Below are positions 50,482-61,413 of a DNA stretch of 64,000 nt, piece after piece (the first letter of the stretch is position 1; each line of letters starts with the position of its first letter). The position numbers were made by a program, and so were the translations under genes. The stretch comes from Promethearchaeota archaeon. GTDB taxonomy: Archaea; Asgardarchaeota; Lokiarchaeia; Sigyniarchaeales; SOKP01. The notes beneath the pieces were generated by a model. The model did not search any database and had not been told where the DNA came from. It was given only the letters and a program-made list of their open reading frames with translations. The stretch covers positions 1-64,000 of the forward strand of contig JAHLWS010000030.1 of NCBI GenBank assembly GCA_019057795.1, written 5' to 3'.

Positions 50482-51303
50482 ATGAGTATTAGTAATAAAA
50501 TTTTAGATAATTTATCTCAAATTTTTGCAATCGCTGAAAAAGAAATTAAATTACAATTACGAGTAAAAACTAATTTAATTCTTAGTTATATAATGCCTTT
50601 ATTAGGTTTAATTGTACCTTTCATTGTAATGGGTCAGATTTTTACTCTTACAGAAGAATTTGGTCCTTGGAATTCTCAAAATTATATGGTATTCATGTTA
50701 ACAATGTATCAGATTGCTCTTGTAAATAGGATGACTAACATATTTGCAGGCAATTTCCAAAGAGAAAAGGCATGGAAAACACTTTCAGGTCTTATAATTG
50801 CCCCTTTCCATCGATTTAATTTATTATTTGGTGTTTTTTTATCACACTTAATATCTATATCAATCCCTTTTATTTTTTTTTTTATTGTATGTTACATATT
50901 ATACCCAATATCGATTATAACTATTCTTTCTGAATTAATACTTTTTTTGTTTCTAGCTTTAGTATTTAGCGGTGTTGGTCTTATAATTGGTGTATTTGCC
51001 ATAAGTAAAGAAAGTGTTGTGAGAATCATTAATGTTTTTTTTAGTCTCGCTATTTGGTTTAGTTGCCTTGGGATGCCTTTTGAATTTTTTCCAGGTTATT
51101 TTAAAAATATAGTCGTTTATAATCCTTTATTCTACTTATTTTCTATTATCAGATATGTTTGGATTGAAAATAACATTGTATTTTCTCTGATTACCCATGG
51201 CTTTAATTTTTTTTTATTAATATCTTCTGGAATAGTTCTTCCAATTTTAGGTATTTTTTTCTTTGATTATATTTTTAAAAAGTATGGAATTGCAGGATAT
51301 TAA
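50482..51303 (+). CDS. ABC-2 type permease
   Basis: Six TMs, REK...TL, YNPL; directly upstream of an ATPase. Confidence 0.85.
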   Translation: MSISNKILDNLSQIFAIAEKEIKLQLRVKTNLILSYIMPLLGLIVPFIVMGQIFTLTEEFGPWNSQNYMVFMLTMYQIALVNRMTNIFAGNFQREKAWKTLSGLIIAPFHRFNLLFGVFLSHLISISIPFIFFFIVCYILYPISIITILSELILFLFLALVFSGVGLIIGVFAISKESVVRIINVFFSLAIWFSCLGMPFEFFPGYFKNIVVYNPLFYLFSIIRYVWIENNIVFSLITHGFNFFLLISSGIVLPILGIFFFDYIFKKYGIAGY

Positions 51304-51308
51304 ATAAT

Positions 51309-52226
51309 ATGACAAATAATATTATAGAAACTTTTGATCTATCAAAGGAGTATAAATTAAGAAAAAAACAGACCTCAATACTAGCTTTAGATGGGGTAAA
51401 TATAACCATTAAAGAGGGTGAAATCTTTGGATTATTAGGGCCAAACGGTGCTGGAAAAACTACATTAGTTCAAATTCTAACAACTCTAATACAGCCTTCT
51501 AGTGGTTATGCCACAGTGAATGGATTTAATATTTTAAAACGACCTCAAGAAGCGAAAGCGAATATTGCACTTATGTTAGGAAATCAAATGATATATTATA
51601 GAATGACTGGATACGATAATCTAAAATTTTTCTGTAAAATATACAAAGTGCCAAATTATAAAGAAAAGATTTACGAGATTGCTAAAGAATATGGTTTAGA
51701 AAATTGGCTTAAGCAATACGTGGAAAAATATTCGAGTGGAATGAAAATGAAATTAGCTCTTTGTAGAACATTTTTATTAAACCGTCCTATTCTAATTTTA
51801 GATGAACCCACTTTGGGATTAGATGTAAAGTTGAAAAAGTATGTTGTAGATACGTTAAAAAAAGTAGATAGCACTATACTATTAACGAGTCACGATATGG
51901 GAGTAGTAGAAAAGCTATGCAATCGTATAGCTTTTGTAAATAATGGAAAGATTATAAAAATTGGAACTAAGGACCAAATTAGTAATTTTATTAAATCAGA
52001 AATTAAAATAGATATTAAATTAATAAATAATAGGAAAGAGTTAGGAAAAGTTTTGGAGGATCAAAACTATATTTCTAATGTTAAAGACATTAAAAAAGGT
52101 TTTCAAATCACCTTAAATGAAAGAAAAAGTTATAACAAGCTTCTTTCAATATTAAGTAAATATGAAATTCAAATGATAAATGAGCGCAAACTTTCTTTAG
52201 AAGATTTATTTCTTAACATTATTTAG
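51309..52226 (+). CDS. ABC transporter ATP-binding protein
   Basis: GPNGAGKTT, YSSGM, LDEPTLGLD, TSH. Confidence 0.95.
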   Translation: MTNNIIETFDLSKEYKLRKKQTSILALDGVNITIKEGEIFGLLGPNGAGKTTLVQILTTLIQPSSGYATVNGFNILKRPQEAKANIALMLGNQMIYYRMTGYDNLKFFCKIYKVPNYKEKIYEIAKEYGLENWLKQYVEKYSSGMKMKLALCRTFLLNRPILILDEPTLGLDVKLKKYVVDTLKKVDSTILLTSHDMGVVEKLCNRIAFVNNGKIIKIGTKDQISNFIKSEIKIDIKLINNRKELGKVLEDQNYISNVKDIKKGFQITLNERKSYNKLLSILSKYEIQMINERKLSLEDLFLNII

Positions 52227-52282
52227 TTAATATATAAAATCTAAATTAACAATCTAAACAAATATAATAGATAAATTAAATA

Positions 52283-53245
52283 ATGACAAAAATCTTATTA
52301 AGCTTCTGTATTCCTACATATAATCGTCCTAAAAGGATTGATTTATTTCTTCAGCAATTTACTTCCCTTGAAAGTGATGAAATTGAAATAGTTATTGGAG
52401 ATGACAATCCAAATAGCAATAAAACAGAGCAAATAATAGAGAAATATGATGATTCAAGAATAATTTATTTTAAAAACAACCTTAATTACGGATTGGATGC
52501 CAATATGTTAAAAATCATCCACAGAGCAAAAGGCGAATATGTTTTCTTAAATATGGACGATGATGATATAGCCTTCTCACAGGTTACATGGGTTTTAGGT
52601 ATAATAAAGAAGTATGATAATATTACACAGATTCGTGGATCTATTGGAAATAGAAGAATAAATGATGATGATGTTTATTATAAGTTTGATGATGTTATTT
52701 TGAAAAAAGGGACTGAGTCATTATTAAAATTAGCTTTTTTATTTGCCCATGGATCAGGTATCATTCTGAAGAAAAATTCAATTGATTTAAATAAAGCAAA
52801 AAAAAGGGTTGGATCTTTATTCCTTCAAGAACATCTAATGACTCAAGCAATGCTGAAGGGAGAAACTTTATTGACATCAAAAAATTTAGCTTATGTAGGA
52901 GAAGTTATATACGATTCTGAACATCCCGCTTTATTTAAAAAAAGAAAACACGCTCATCCAGTAGGCGGAGTTGCCATAACTAGATTTCGAATCCATACTA
53001 TTTTAGATTTATTAGAAGGAGAGATAAGAGAAAAATTGTTTAAAAAGGAAATTGAAAATCTTTACTTTTGGTTATTTAGAACTTTATTCAATCCGTTTAA
53101 GTACTTTGAATCAATAAAAGCATTTCTTGAAGGAATAGTTATAGTATTAACAATTAAAAAAGTGCGAAGTTCACTAAGATTTTGGTTAATATTAATTCGA
53201 GAATTATTTTTTAAAATTGTTAAATCACCGAGATTTAGAAGATGA
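52283..53245 (+). CDS. Glycosyltransferase family 2
   Basis: SFCIPTYNR, GDD, N.G.D.N, MDDDD. Confidence 0.88.
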   Translation: MTKILLSFCIPTYNRPKRIDLFLQQFTSLESDEIEIVIGDDNPNSNKTEQIIEKYDDSRIIYFKNNLNYGLDANMLKIIHRAKGEYVFLNMDDDDIAFSQVTWVLGIIKKYDNITQIRGSIGNRRINDDDVYYKFDDVILKKGTESLLKLAFLFAHGSGIILKKNSIDLNKAKKRVGSLFLQEHLMTQAMLKGETLLTSKNLAYVGEVIYDSEHPALFKKRKHAHPVGGVAITRFRIHTILDLLEGEIREKLFKKEIENLYFWLFRTLFNPFKYFESIKAFLEGIVIVLTIKKVRSSLRFWLILIRELFFKIVKSPRFRR

Positions 53246-53320
53246 TAATTTTAAATATTTCTATGAGTAAAATAATTAAAGCATACAATATTAAAACTTT
53301 TTAAAGCAATACAATCGTGT

Positions 53321-54361
53321 TTGATTATGGATATACTCAATGATAAGATTATATTAATCACAGGGGGTTCTGGCACAATTGGAGAAAGATTGGTCATGCA
53401 TATTCTTAAAAACAATTCTCCTAAGATGATTAGAATTTTCAGTCGAGATGAAACAAAACAATTATACTTAGAGAAGAAGTTAGAAGAATTTTCTGAAAAA
53501 CTCAGATTTTTCATTGGAGATATTAGAGATAAGGAAAGATTAAATAGAGCGATGGAAGATGTAAATATTGTTTTTCATTTAGCCGCATTAAAACATGTAG
53601 TTGCATGCGAATATAATCCATTTGAAGCAATAAAAACAAATGTTATTGGACTCCAAAATATGATTGAAATAAGTATTGAGAAGAATATTGAGAAATTTGT
53701 ATTCACTAGCACAGATAAGGCAGCAACTCCTTCTAATACGATGGGAGTGACAAAACTCTTAGGAGAAAAATTAGTTTCAGCTGCAAACTATTATAAGGGT
53801 AATGCTCAAACAATATTTTATTCAGTTAGATTTGGAAATGTAATTGGGTCTAGAGGTTCTCTAATTCCATTAATTGAAAATCAGATAAAAAATGATTTGC
53901 CAATTACTATAACACACAAAGATATGACGAGATATATCATGATCACTGAAACAGCTCTTAAATTAATTCTCAAGACTTTAGATTTCGCACAAGGCGGTGA
54001 AATTTTTATCTTTAAGATGTATGCTGTTAGAATTATTGATTTAATTAAAGTTTTAGTCAAGAAGTTTTCTAAAAAATATAATAAAGTATGGGAGAAAGTT
54101 AAAATTAATGAAATTGGAATTTTTGCTGGAGAAAAATTATATGAGGAATTATTTTCAATTGAAGAATCAGAAAGAACTTATGAATTGAATAATTTATATA
54201 TTATTTTTCCTCAAATAACAGAAATTTATCAAGAAATTAACCTTGAATTATACCCAAATATTAAAAAATTTGATCCTATAAAACCTTTTAATTCGAAAGA
54301 TGGCCCATTTTTGTCAGAGAAAGAAATTGAAGATTTTCTAATTAAAAATAAAATTATTTAA
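53321..54361 (+). CDS. pseB: UDP-GlcNAc 4,6-dehydratase (PseB/CapD-like)
   Basis: ITGGSGTIG, FSRDE.KQ, AALKHV..CEYNP, STDKA, RFGNV.GSRGS, GEKLYE. Confidence 0.75.
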   Translation: MIMDILNDKIILITGGSGTIGERLVMHILKNNSPKMIRIFSRDETKQLYLEKKLEEFSEKLRFFIGDIRDKERLNRAMEDVNIVFHLAALKHVVACEYNPFEAIKTNVIGLQNMIEISIEKNIEKFVFTSTDKAATPSNTMGVTKLLGEKLVSAANYYKGNAQTIFYSVRFGNVIGSRGSLIPLIENQIKNDLPITITHKDMTRYIMITETALKLILKTLDFAQGGEIFIFKMYAVRIIDLIKVLVKKFSKKYNKVWEKVKINEIGIFAGEKLYEELFSIEESERTYELNNLYIIFPQITEIYQEINLELYPNIKKFDPIKPFNSKDGPFLSEKEIEDFLIKNKII

Positions 54362-54385
54362 GATTGTTTAATTTTTTTGATTAAA

Positions 54386-55384
54386 TTATTCAGATTTTTT
54401 ATATCTTTTTTTTCCTCGATGATGGATTATAGTATATCCCCCAAAATGTCTTTTAAATAGACTAATATCGATTTCTTTTTGGGATGGATGATTATAAGGT
54501 TGGTCAGAGAAATATTGATAACCTAATTCATAATATTTATATCTATTTTGCTTTAACCATTTGATCATATTCCATTGAATAGAATGAGAAATTGGGAGGT
54601 GTTCATAATCAGGATGGTTCGCACTTACACCATAATAAGCTCCATCTTTATATAAAATTGCAAATATGCCACCAACAGGTTTTTTATCTAGGTATGCTAA
54701 TATTATGGTAGCATTTCCTTTTATTTTCCATTGATATTGTAAGGCCCAAGTTCTTTCCGATCTCGTCATTCTTCCAGCTGCTAATAAGTGAAGTTTTTTA
54801 AATTCCTTAAACAATTTATCATCTGTATTATAAGGAGAATCAACTACAAATTGAAACTGTTCCTCCCCTCGTTTTATTTCATTTCGATGGCTTTTTTTTA
54901 TATTTCCCCAAAGAGTTTTATCATCTATATCAAGAACAATAACTTGAGTATTTAATGAAATGTTTTCATATCCAAATTTCATTAAATAATTATATGTAAA
55001 AGGAGAAAGATGATTTTTGGCTAATGTACTCAAATTCATTATGCATTCATCTATTCCGTATTCGGTTGCTATTGAATCAATTTTTGTAAAAATCTGTCCA
55101 ATAACACTTTTAGAGAGCTTTTGTGATAAATGATTCCTTAAAGCTGGATTTGGACCAAAAGAGCCACTAAAAGAAAGTTTATTCTTTTCTCGAATTAAAG
55201 GACAAATTGCGACGATATCTTTATTTCCATCTTCAATGTAAAAGGATAATAATTCAGAATCTTCTCCTGTATATTCTAATGTATAATCCATCCAATCTGA
55301 GGTATGCCAAAACCAGCATTCATCTGATTCATAGCAAAATTTATTCCATCTGGGATCATCGAGAGTTAATTTTTTTATTTTCAT
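54386..55384 (-). CDS. FemAB-like / GNAT-fold protein
   Basis: KKSHRNEIKRG, IQWNMIKWLK....YYELG, SLFKRHFGG. Confidence 0.75.
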   Translation of the reverse strand: MKIKKLTLDDPRWNKFCYESDECWFWHTSDWMDYTLEYTGEDSELLSFYIEDGNKDIVAICPLIREKNKLSFSGSFGPNPALRNHLSQKLSKSVIGQIFTKIDSIATEYGIDECIMNLSTLAKNHLSPFTYNYLMKFGYENISLNTQVIVLDIDDKTLWGNIKKSHRNEIKRGEEQFQFVVDSPYNTDDKLFKEFKKLHLLAAGRMTRSERTWALQYQWKIKGNATIILAYLDKKPVGGIFAILYKDGAYYGVSANHPDYEHLPISHSIQWNMIKWLKQNRYKYYELGYQYFSDQPYNHPSQKEIDISLFKRHFGGYTIIHHRGKKRYKKSE

Positions 55385-55490
55385 GAGTTTAAGGAATAAA
55401 TTTTCATTAAGTATTAATAAAGGAATATTTAATTAAGAATAATATCATTTAATACTATTTTGTTTAACATTTACTTTACTTTATTTCTCG

Positions 55491-56951
55491 TTATTTAAGG
55501 TTATACTGCAGTAATGCTTTCCTTAATTCGTTTGCTGTTTCATCTGTTTTTTCTGCTATTTTAATTATAGGCCACATTTCTTCAGGTAATCTAACATAAA
55601 GTTCAAATGTTTTTTGAAGGCTCTCAACTTCTGATGGGGGCATTTTTGATAAAGAAAAAATTGAAACTTGTGAAACTGGAATTATCTTTCCGTTCTTATC
55701 ATAAATATTTAAATTATACTTCATACTTAATTCGGTAAGAGGATAAGGATATACAATATAATTGTTAGTAGAATCTACATTTAATTTTTTATTTAATCTA
55801 ATAGTTTCAAAAACATTTTCTCTCGTTTCACTAGGAAGTCCTAACATATTAAAAGTAGATACTCTTATATCATGTTTTTTTAGCAATTCTATAGCTCTTA
55901 TTATCATATCATTAGTCATATACCGCTTCAGTTCTTCTTTACGAATATGTTCATTTCCTGATTCAATTCCAACAGATGCAGAAACTATACCCATCTCTTT
56001 TAATAATAAAATTTTTTCTTCAGTTACAGTTTCTGGACGTATCGAGCATCCAAAATTAATATTTAAGAGTTTTAAACCTTTAGCTAATTTTTTGAGATAA
56101 TCAAGTTTGAATAATAATATTGAATCATCAGCAAATTTAAACCAAGTAGCATTGAAATTCTCTTTCAATTCTTTTAATTGTTTAACCGTGGTTTCCGGAG
56201 ATTGATATCGAAAATAGCGACCACATTTTTTTAACTTCTCTCTTAAGGAATAATTAACACAATAAGTACAATTTTCAGGACAACCACGAGACATGATATA
56301 GAAGCTTCCATTATAAATCTTACCCCTGTATGGTCGAAATAAATGGCGTTTATCAAATAAACCCCAATCAGGAGTGGGTAAATCATCCATATTAACAAAT
56401 GGTCGAAGGTCATTAATCTTTATTACACCATTCTCTTTATACCCCAGATTTTTTATACTTTTAAAATCCTTACCATTCTCTAATGCATCTAAAAGCTCAA
56501 CTATTAACTCTTCCCCTTCTCCTACACAAATAAAGTCAACAACTTCATGTTTTAAGGTTTCATAAGGAGAAATGGTAGGATGTACTCCACCAAAAATAGT
56601 TTTGCATGAGGGTTGATTTTTTTCAAGAAGTTCAATTATTCTGTCAAAATGTCCAGTCATTACAGATACTGCAAGGATGTCAGGTTTAAAAAGCATAATT
56701 TTTTGTTTAAATGCTTCTTCAAGAGTTATAAATGGGTCATCAGCTACTAAATCTTCTAAGGTATATTCTGTTGGAAGAAACTTACTTGATTCTTTTATTT
56801 CATCTTTATTCTGTTCCTTAGTCTTTATAAATGTAAAATCTAATACATCAACAATATGTCCATTTTGTTTTAGGATTGCTGAAAGTAGAGATATTCCAGT
56901 TGGGATCCCGATACTAAGATAATCGTTTGGATGTATAAAAAGAACTCTCAT
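55491..56951 (-). CDS. B12-binding-domain radical SAM protein
   Basis: PTGISLLSA, GGVHPT, GEGE, SRGCPENCTYC, GIESG. Confidence 0.92.
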   Translation of the reverse strand: MRVLFIHPNDYLSIGIPTGISLLSAILKQNGHIVDVLDFTFIKTKEQNKDEIKESSKFLPTEYTLEDLVADDPFITLEEAFKQKIMLFKPDILAVSVMTGHFDRIIELLEKNQPSCKTIFGGVHPTISPYETLKHEVVDFICVGEGEELIVELLDALENGKDFKSIKNLGYKENGVIKINDLRPFVNMDDLPTPDWGLFDKRHLFRPYRGKIYNGSFYIMSRGCPENCTYCVNYSLREKLKKCGRYFRYQSPETTVKQLKELKENFNATWFKFADDSILLFKLDYLKKLAKGLKLLNINFGCSIRPETVTEEKILLLKEMGIVSASVGIESGNEHIRKEELKRYMTNDMIIRAIELLKKHDIRVSTFNMLGLPSETRENVFETIRLNKKLNVDSTNNYIVYPYPLTELSMKYNLNIYDKNGKIIPVSQVSIFSLSKMPPSEVESLQKTFELYVRLPEEMWPIIKIAEKTDETANELRKALLQYNLK

Positions 56952-57278
56952 AATTTTTATATATATTTATTCAATTAATAATCTTATTTTGACCATATTT
57001 TTTTAATGAATCTATGAAGAAAGAAATAATGTCAATATATTAACTATTAATTTTTCAATATTGTCTATTCTTTACTTTAAATAAATAAATATTAATTTTT
57101 GATAATATTATTTTTTATAATTTACAATCGAATTCAAGGAAAATTAAAATTCTTAAATACTTTTTATAGTCCTATCCAAAGAAAATGAGTTAAAAGTTTA
57201 TTTCAATAGAATATTATACGATATATAAATATAAATCTTATAAGTTAAATCATCATAAATTTATACTTTAATTTAATC

Positions 57279-58223
57279 ATGGTATTTTTAGTTACAGGTG
57301 GAGCAGGGTTCATAGGAAGGTGGGTAGTTAAAAATCTATTATTAAAAGAAAAAGAAGTTGTCGTTTTAGATAATTTAAGCAATGCGAGAAAAGAGAACTT
57401 AGCAGAATTTAGTGATAATTCTAATTTATTAGAATTAATAATTGATAATATTATCAATAAAAAAATAGTTGAAAGCTTATTTGAAAAATATAAATTTTCT
57501 GTATGCTTACATCTTGCTGCTCAAATTAATGTTCAGGAGAGTTTAGATTTTCCTGAAAAAGCTTTTGAAAATAATGTTATTGGTACTTATAATATTCTTG
57601 AATCTGCTAGAAAATATAACACAAAAGTTGTTCTTATAGGAACATGTATGGCCTATGATTTAGCAGATTCAAACATAGCTATCTCTGAAACACATCCAGT
57701 CAAACCAGCGTCTCCATATGCGGGGTCCAAAGTTGCTGCAGAAGAAATAGCTATGTCATATTATTATGGCCTAAATTTACCTGTTGTAATTCTTAGACCT
57801 TTTAATACCTACGGTCCCTTTCAAAAGATAAATATGGAAGGGGGTGTGGTTTCAATTTTTATTAGTCGTAAGCTAAAAAATGAAAAATTACTTATTTATG
57901 GGGATGGAACTCAAACGAGAGATTTATTATATGTTGAGGACTGTGCGGATTTCATTGTAAAAGCTGCTGAAAATGAAAATTGTATAGGAGAAATCATCAA
58001 TGGTGGAATTGGAAAAGACATTTCAATTAACGACTTAGCTTTAATGATAGTAGGTGATAGGAGTCGAATTGAGCATGTTAAGCATCATCATCCGCAAAGT
58101 GAAATAATGAAATTAGTGTGCGATAACCGAAAAGCAAAGAAATTATTAAAATGGGAACCATCAACTTTTCTTCAAGAAGGGATCTCAAAATTAGAAAAGT
58201 GGATTAGAGAGAACGAGTGGTAA
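57279..58223 (+). CDS. NAD-dependent NDP-sugar epimerase/dehydratase
   Basis: VTGGAGFIG, SPYAGSK, RPFNTYGP, GDGTQTRD. Confidence 0.9.
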   Translation: MVFLVTGGAGFIGRWVVKNLLLKEKEVVVLDNLSNARKENLAEFSDNSNLLELIIDNIINKKIVESLFEKYKFSVCLHLAAQINVQESLDFPEKAFENNVIGTYNILESARKYNTKVVLIGTCMAYDLADSNIAISETHPVKPASPYAGSKVAAEEIAMSYYYGLNLPVVILRPFNTYGPFQKINMEGGVVSIFISRKLKNEKLLIYGDGTQTRDLLYVEDCADFIVKAAENENCIGEIINGGIGKDISINDLALMIVGDRSRIEHVKHHHPQSEIMKLVCDNRKAKKLLKWEPSTFLQEGISKLEKWIRENEW

Positions 58224-58228
58224 AATAA

Positions 58229-59422
58229 GTGGAAAAACCTGCAATTGAAGGAGGAAAAAGACTAAGGGAAGAATTTCTTCCGTATGGAACTCAGTGGCTT
58301 GATGAGAATGAAATTAATGAAGTAGTTGATTCTTTGAAATCAAGCTGGATTACAACTGGACCAAAAATGACCCAATTTGAAGAGGACTTTAAAAAATTTA
58401 AAGAAGCTAAATATGCAATCGCTGTGAATTCTGGAACTGCCGCTTTACATATTTCAACTTCAAGCATCGATATAAATCCGGGAGATGAAGTAATTACTAC
58501 TCCACTAACATTTGTAGCATCAGCAAATTGTGTCGTTTATAGAGGGGGCACACCTGTCTTTGCTGACATTAAAAAAGATACTTATAATATAGACCCTAAT
58601 GAAATTAAGAAAAAAATCACATCTAAAACAAAAGCAATTATTCCAGTTCATTTTACTGGTCAGCCATGTGATATGGATGAGATTTTGGAAATTGCTGAAG
58701 AACATGAGTTATATGTCATTGAAGATGCCGCTCACGCTATAGACGCAGAATACAAGGGAAGAAAAATTGGCACTCTTGGTGATTTAACGATATTCAGTTT
58801 TCATCCAGTAAAAAATATTACTACTGCTGAGGGGGGAATGGTTACTACAAATGATGACGATTTTTACGAGAAATTGTTAATGTTTAGAACTCATGGAATA
58901 TCAAAAGATGCCCAAAAGAGATTCGGAAAATCTGGAGGCTATTATTATGATATGCAATATTTAGGTTATAGATATAATTTAAGCGAACTTCATGCTGCGC
59001 TTGGGATTTGTCAATTAAAAAAATTAAAATCGTTTCAAAAACGAAGAAGGGAAATCGTAGAGATATATAATAAAGAACTTCAAGATTTTGATGAAATTAT
59101 TATCCCATATAAGAAAGATAATGTAAAACATTCATGGCATTTATATATTATCCAATTAGAAATTGAAAAATTAAGAGTAGACAGAGATTATATCTTTAAA
59201 GCTTTAAGAGAAGAGAATATAGGTGTAAATGTCCATTATATTCCTGTGCATTATCATTCCTACTATCAAAATAAATTTGGTTTAAAAAAAGGTATATTAC
59301 CAAATGTGGAATGGTTGTTTCCAAGAATATTAACAATTCCTTTATTTCCAAAAATGACCAATGATGATGTGTATGATGTTATTAATGCATTGGATAAGGT
59401 TATTACATATTATAGAAAATAA
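58229..59422 (+). CDS. pseC: UDP-4-keto-6-deoxy-sugar aminotransferase (PseC/SpsC-like)
   Basis: LPYGTQ, NSGTAALH, EDAAHA, SFHPVKNITTAEGG, RTHGI, GVNVHYIPVH. Confidence 0.82.
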   Translation: MEKPAIEGGKRLREEFLPYGTQWLDENEINEVVDSLKSSWITTGPKMTQFEEDFKKFKEAKYAIAVNSGTAALHISTSSIDINPGDEVITTPLTFVASANCVVYRGGTPVFADIKKDTYNIDPNEIKKKITSKTKAIIPVHFTGQPCDMDEILEIAEEHELYVIEDAAHAIDAEYKGRKIGTLGDLTIFSFHPVKNITTAEGGMVTTNDDDFYEKLLMFRTHGISKDAQKRFGKSGGYYYDMQYLGYRYNLSELHAALGICQLKKLKSFQKRRREIVEIYNKELQDFDEIIIPYKKDNVKHSWHLYIIQLEIEKLRVDRDYIFKALREENIGVNVHYIPVHYHSYYQNKFGLKKGILPNVEWLFPRILTIPLFPKMTNDDVYDVINALDKVITYYRK

Positions 59423-59485
59423 AATTTATTAAAAGAAATTAGATTACTATTTATAAAATTCAATTTAAAAAAAAATAATTTTAAG

Positions 59486-60934
59486 ATGAAGGTTTGCCTA
59501 ATTAATCCACCCTTAAATATGGGTAGTAGAGCGTGGTATCCTATTGGAATCGGATATATCGCAGCTTATTTACTTAAAGATGGATTTGAAGTTGAAATCA
59601 TCGATTGTATAGGAGATAATTTATCCCGAGTAGAATTTAAAAAACGACTCGTTAATTGCAAAGCTGATGCGTATGGAATAGGGGGATTGATTATGGCGTT
59701 TAATAATGTTTTAGAAATTGCTAATATGGTTAAAGAAACTTATCCAGATGCAATTATCTTTGCTGGAAACACAGTGGCATCTACAATCCCTGAGATATTG
59801 CTTTCTAATTCACCCATTCAAGTGGCGGTTATGTGGGAGGGGGAATATACAACAGTAAATCTAATGAATGCCTTAAAAGATGAAATATCTCTTAAAACTG
59901 TAAAGGGAATTATATTTAAAGATAAAGACGGTAATATTATAAAAACACTAGAGCAAACAATTATTAAAGATTTGGATGAATTACCCTTTCCTGCATGGGA
60001 TTTAATTCCAATGAAAAATTATATGGAGAATATTAATTATAATTATCCCATTTCTTCAGTTCGAGGATGTCCCTATAATTGTACTTTTTGTTGTAAAACA
60101 TTTCTTTTAAATAAAGTAAGAGCAAGATCTCCGCAACATATAATTAATGAAATAATTGAGGCAAAAAAGAGATTTAATATCAAAAAATTCTGTTTTTTTG
60201 ATGATTTGTTTATCTATAATAGAAACAGAGTTATGGAATTTTGTGACTTAAAAATTAATACGCCTGAGATTAAAGAGATTCCATGGGAATGCTCTGCACG
60301 GGTTAATTTGATAACAGAAAAAATGGTTAAAAAAATGGTTGAGGCAAAATGTGTTTGGATTGGATGTGGGTTTGAATCAGCTGATCAAGATGTTTTAAAT
60401 TGCTACAATAAAGCAATTAAAGTAGATCAAATGCAAAATGCTATAAATATAATGAAAAAATACAATATTGAGGTATCTAAGGGGGGAACATTCATGATAG
60501 GTGCTCCAAATGAGACATTAAAGTCGATTAAAAAATCAGTGAAGTTTGCAAAGAAAAATAAGATTAAGTATTTACCTCATTTTACGACGCCTTATCCTGG
60601 AACAGCACTCTATAATTCGGCTAGGGAAAAAGGTTTAATCAAAGATGAATTAAAATTTGTAAAAAAAATTGCTAAGATTGGCAATACTAATTTTTTAACA
60701 ATTAATTTAACAGAAGCTTTTACAGACGAAGAATTAATTAGAATTAAAGAGAAAATGACATATTTGCCAACGGTTAAATTATATGTTTCTTTCTCTAGAT
60801 TACTAAAAAGGATCCCATTCCTAATCAAAAAAGCGATTTTAAAAGGTCCGCATCAAGCGTTGCTTTCCCTTAAAGGAATGTATCGATATAAACCAAATCT
60901 GAATCTTGAAAAATATTCTAATGAATGGTTTTAA
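59486..60934 (+). CDS. B12-binding-domain radical SAM protein
   Basis: PIGIGYIAA, WEGE, LPFPAWD, RGCPYNCTFC, GFES, PYPGT. Confidence 0.92.
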   Translation: MKVCLINPPLNMGSRAWYPIGIGYIAAYLLKDGFEVEIIDCIGDNLSRVEFKKRLVNCKADAYGIGGLIMAFNNVLEIANMVKETYPDAIIFAGNTVASTIPEILLSNSPIQVAVMWEGEYTTVNLMNALKDEISLKTVKGIIFKDKDGNIIKTLEQTIIKDLDELPFPAWDLIPMKNYMENINYNYPISSVRGCPYNCTFCCKTFLLNKVRARSPQHIINEIIEAKKRFNIKKFCFFDDLFIYNRNRVMEFCDLKINTPEIKEIPWECSARVNLITEKMVKKMVEAKCVWIGCGFESADQDVLNCYNKAIKVDQMQNAINIMKKYNIEVSKGGTFMIGAPNETLKSIKKSVKFAKKNKIKYLPHFTTPYPGTALYNSAREKGLIKDELKFVKKIAKIGNTNFLTINLTEAFTDEELIRIKEKMTYLPTVKLYVSFSRLLKRIPFLIKKAILKGPHQALLSLKGMYRYKPNLNLEKYSNEWF

Positions 60935-60948
60935 ATTTATATTGTCTT

Positions 60949-61413
60949 CTAATACTTTAATTCTTTAACATATTTGATATGTCTTTTTTCAAATTTGTTT
61001 TTCTCAAAAAATTTCTGGCTTTTTATATTTTTTATATCTGTTAAAGCTATTATTCTATATATCCCTTTTTGTCTCATTTCTTTTTCAAATAATTTGTATG
61101 CAACTGATCCAATTCCTTTGGTTTGTAATTTTTTAGATAATGCGATACTAATTTCATTTTGCTCCTTTGATTCTGTTCTGAATTTAGTTAATCTAATAAA
61201 ACCACATATTTCTGTCTTATATAATACGATAAATATATATTCTTTGTCAAATACTTTTTCCCACCATTTATTGTGTTGCTCAAATGTAATTTCTTCTGTA
61301 GTTAGAAAATTATAGCCAATATTTTCGTTAAAAATACGCCAAACTTCTTTTTTATGGCGATTATTATCTTTTTCAGCAGGAAAAATCTTAATCTTTTTAT
61401 AATCTAAACTTAA
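60949..61413 (-). CDS. GNAT N-acetyltransferase, PseH-like (154 aa; no canonical start codon)
   Basis: Not in ORF track. Uninterrupted frame LSLDYKK...ITFEQHNKWW...CGFIRL...EISIAL...QTKGIG...NIKSQKFFEKNKF; GAGGTGA SD 6 nt before a TTA codon. Confidence 0.8.
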   Translation of the reverse strand, partial: LSLDYKKIKIFPAEKDNNRHKKEVWRIFNENIGYNFLTTEEITFEQHNKWWEKVFDKEYIFIVLYKTEICGFIRLTKFRTESKEQNEISIALSKKLQTKGIGSVAYKLFEKEMRQKGIYRIIALTDIKNIKSQKFFEKNKFEKRHIKYVKELKY

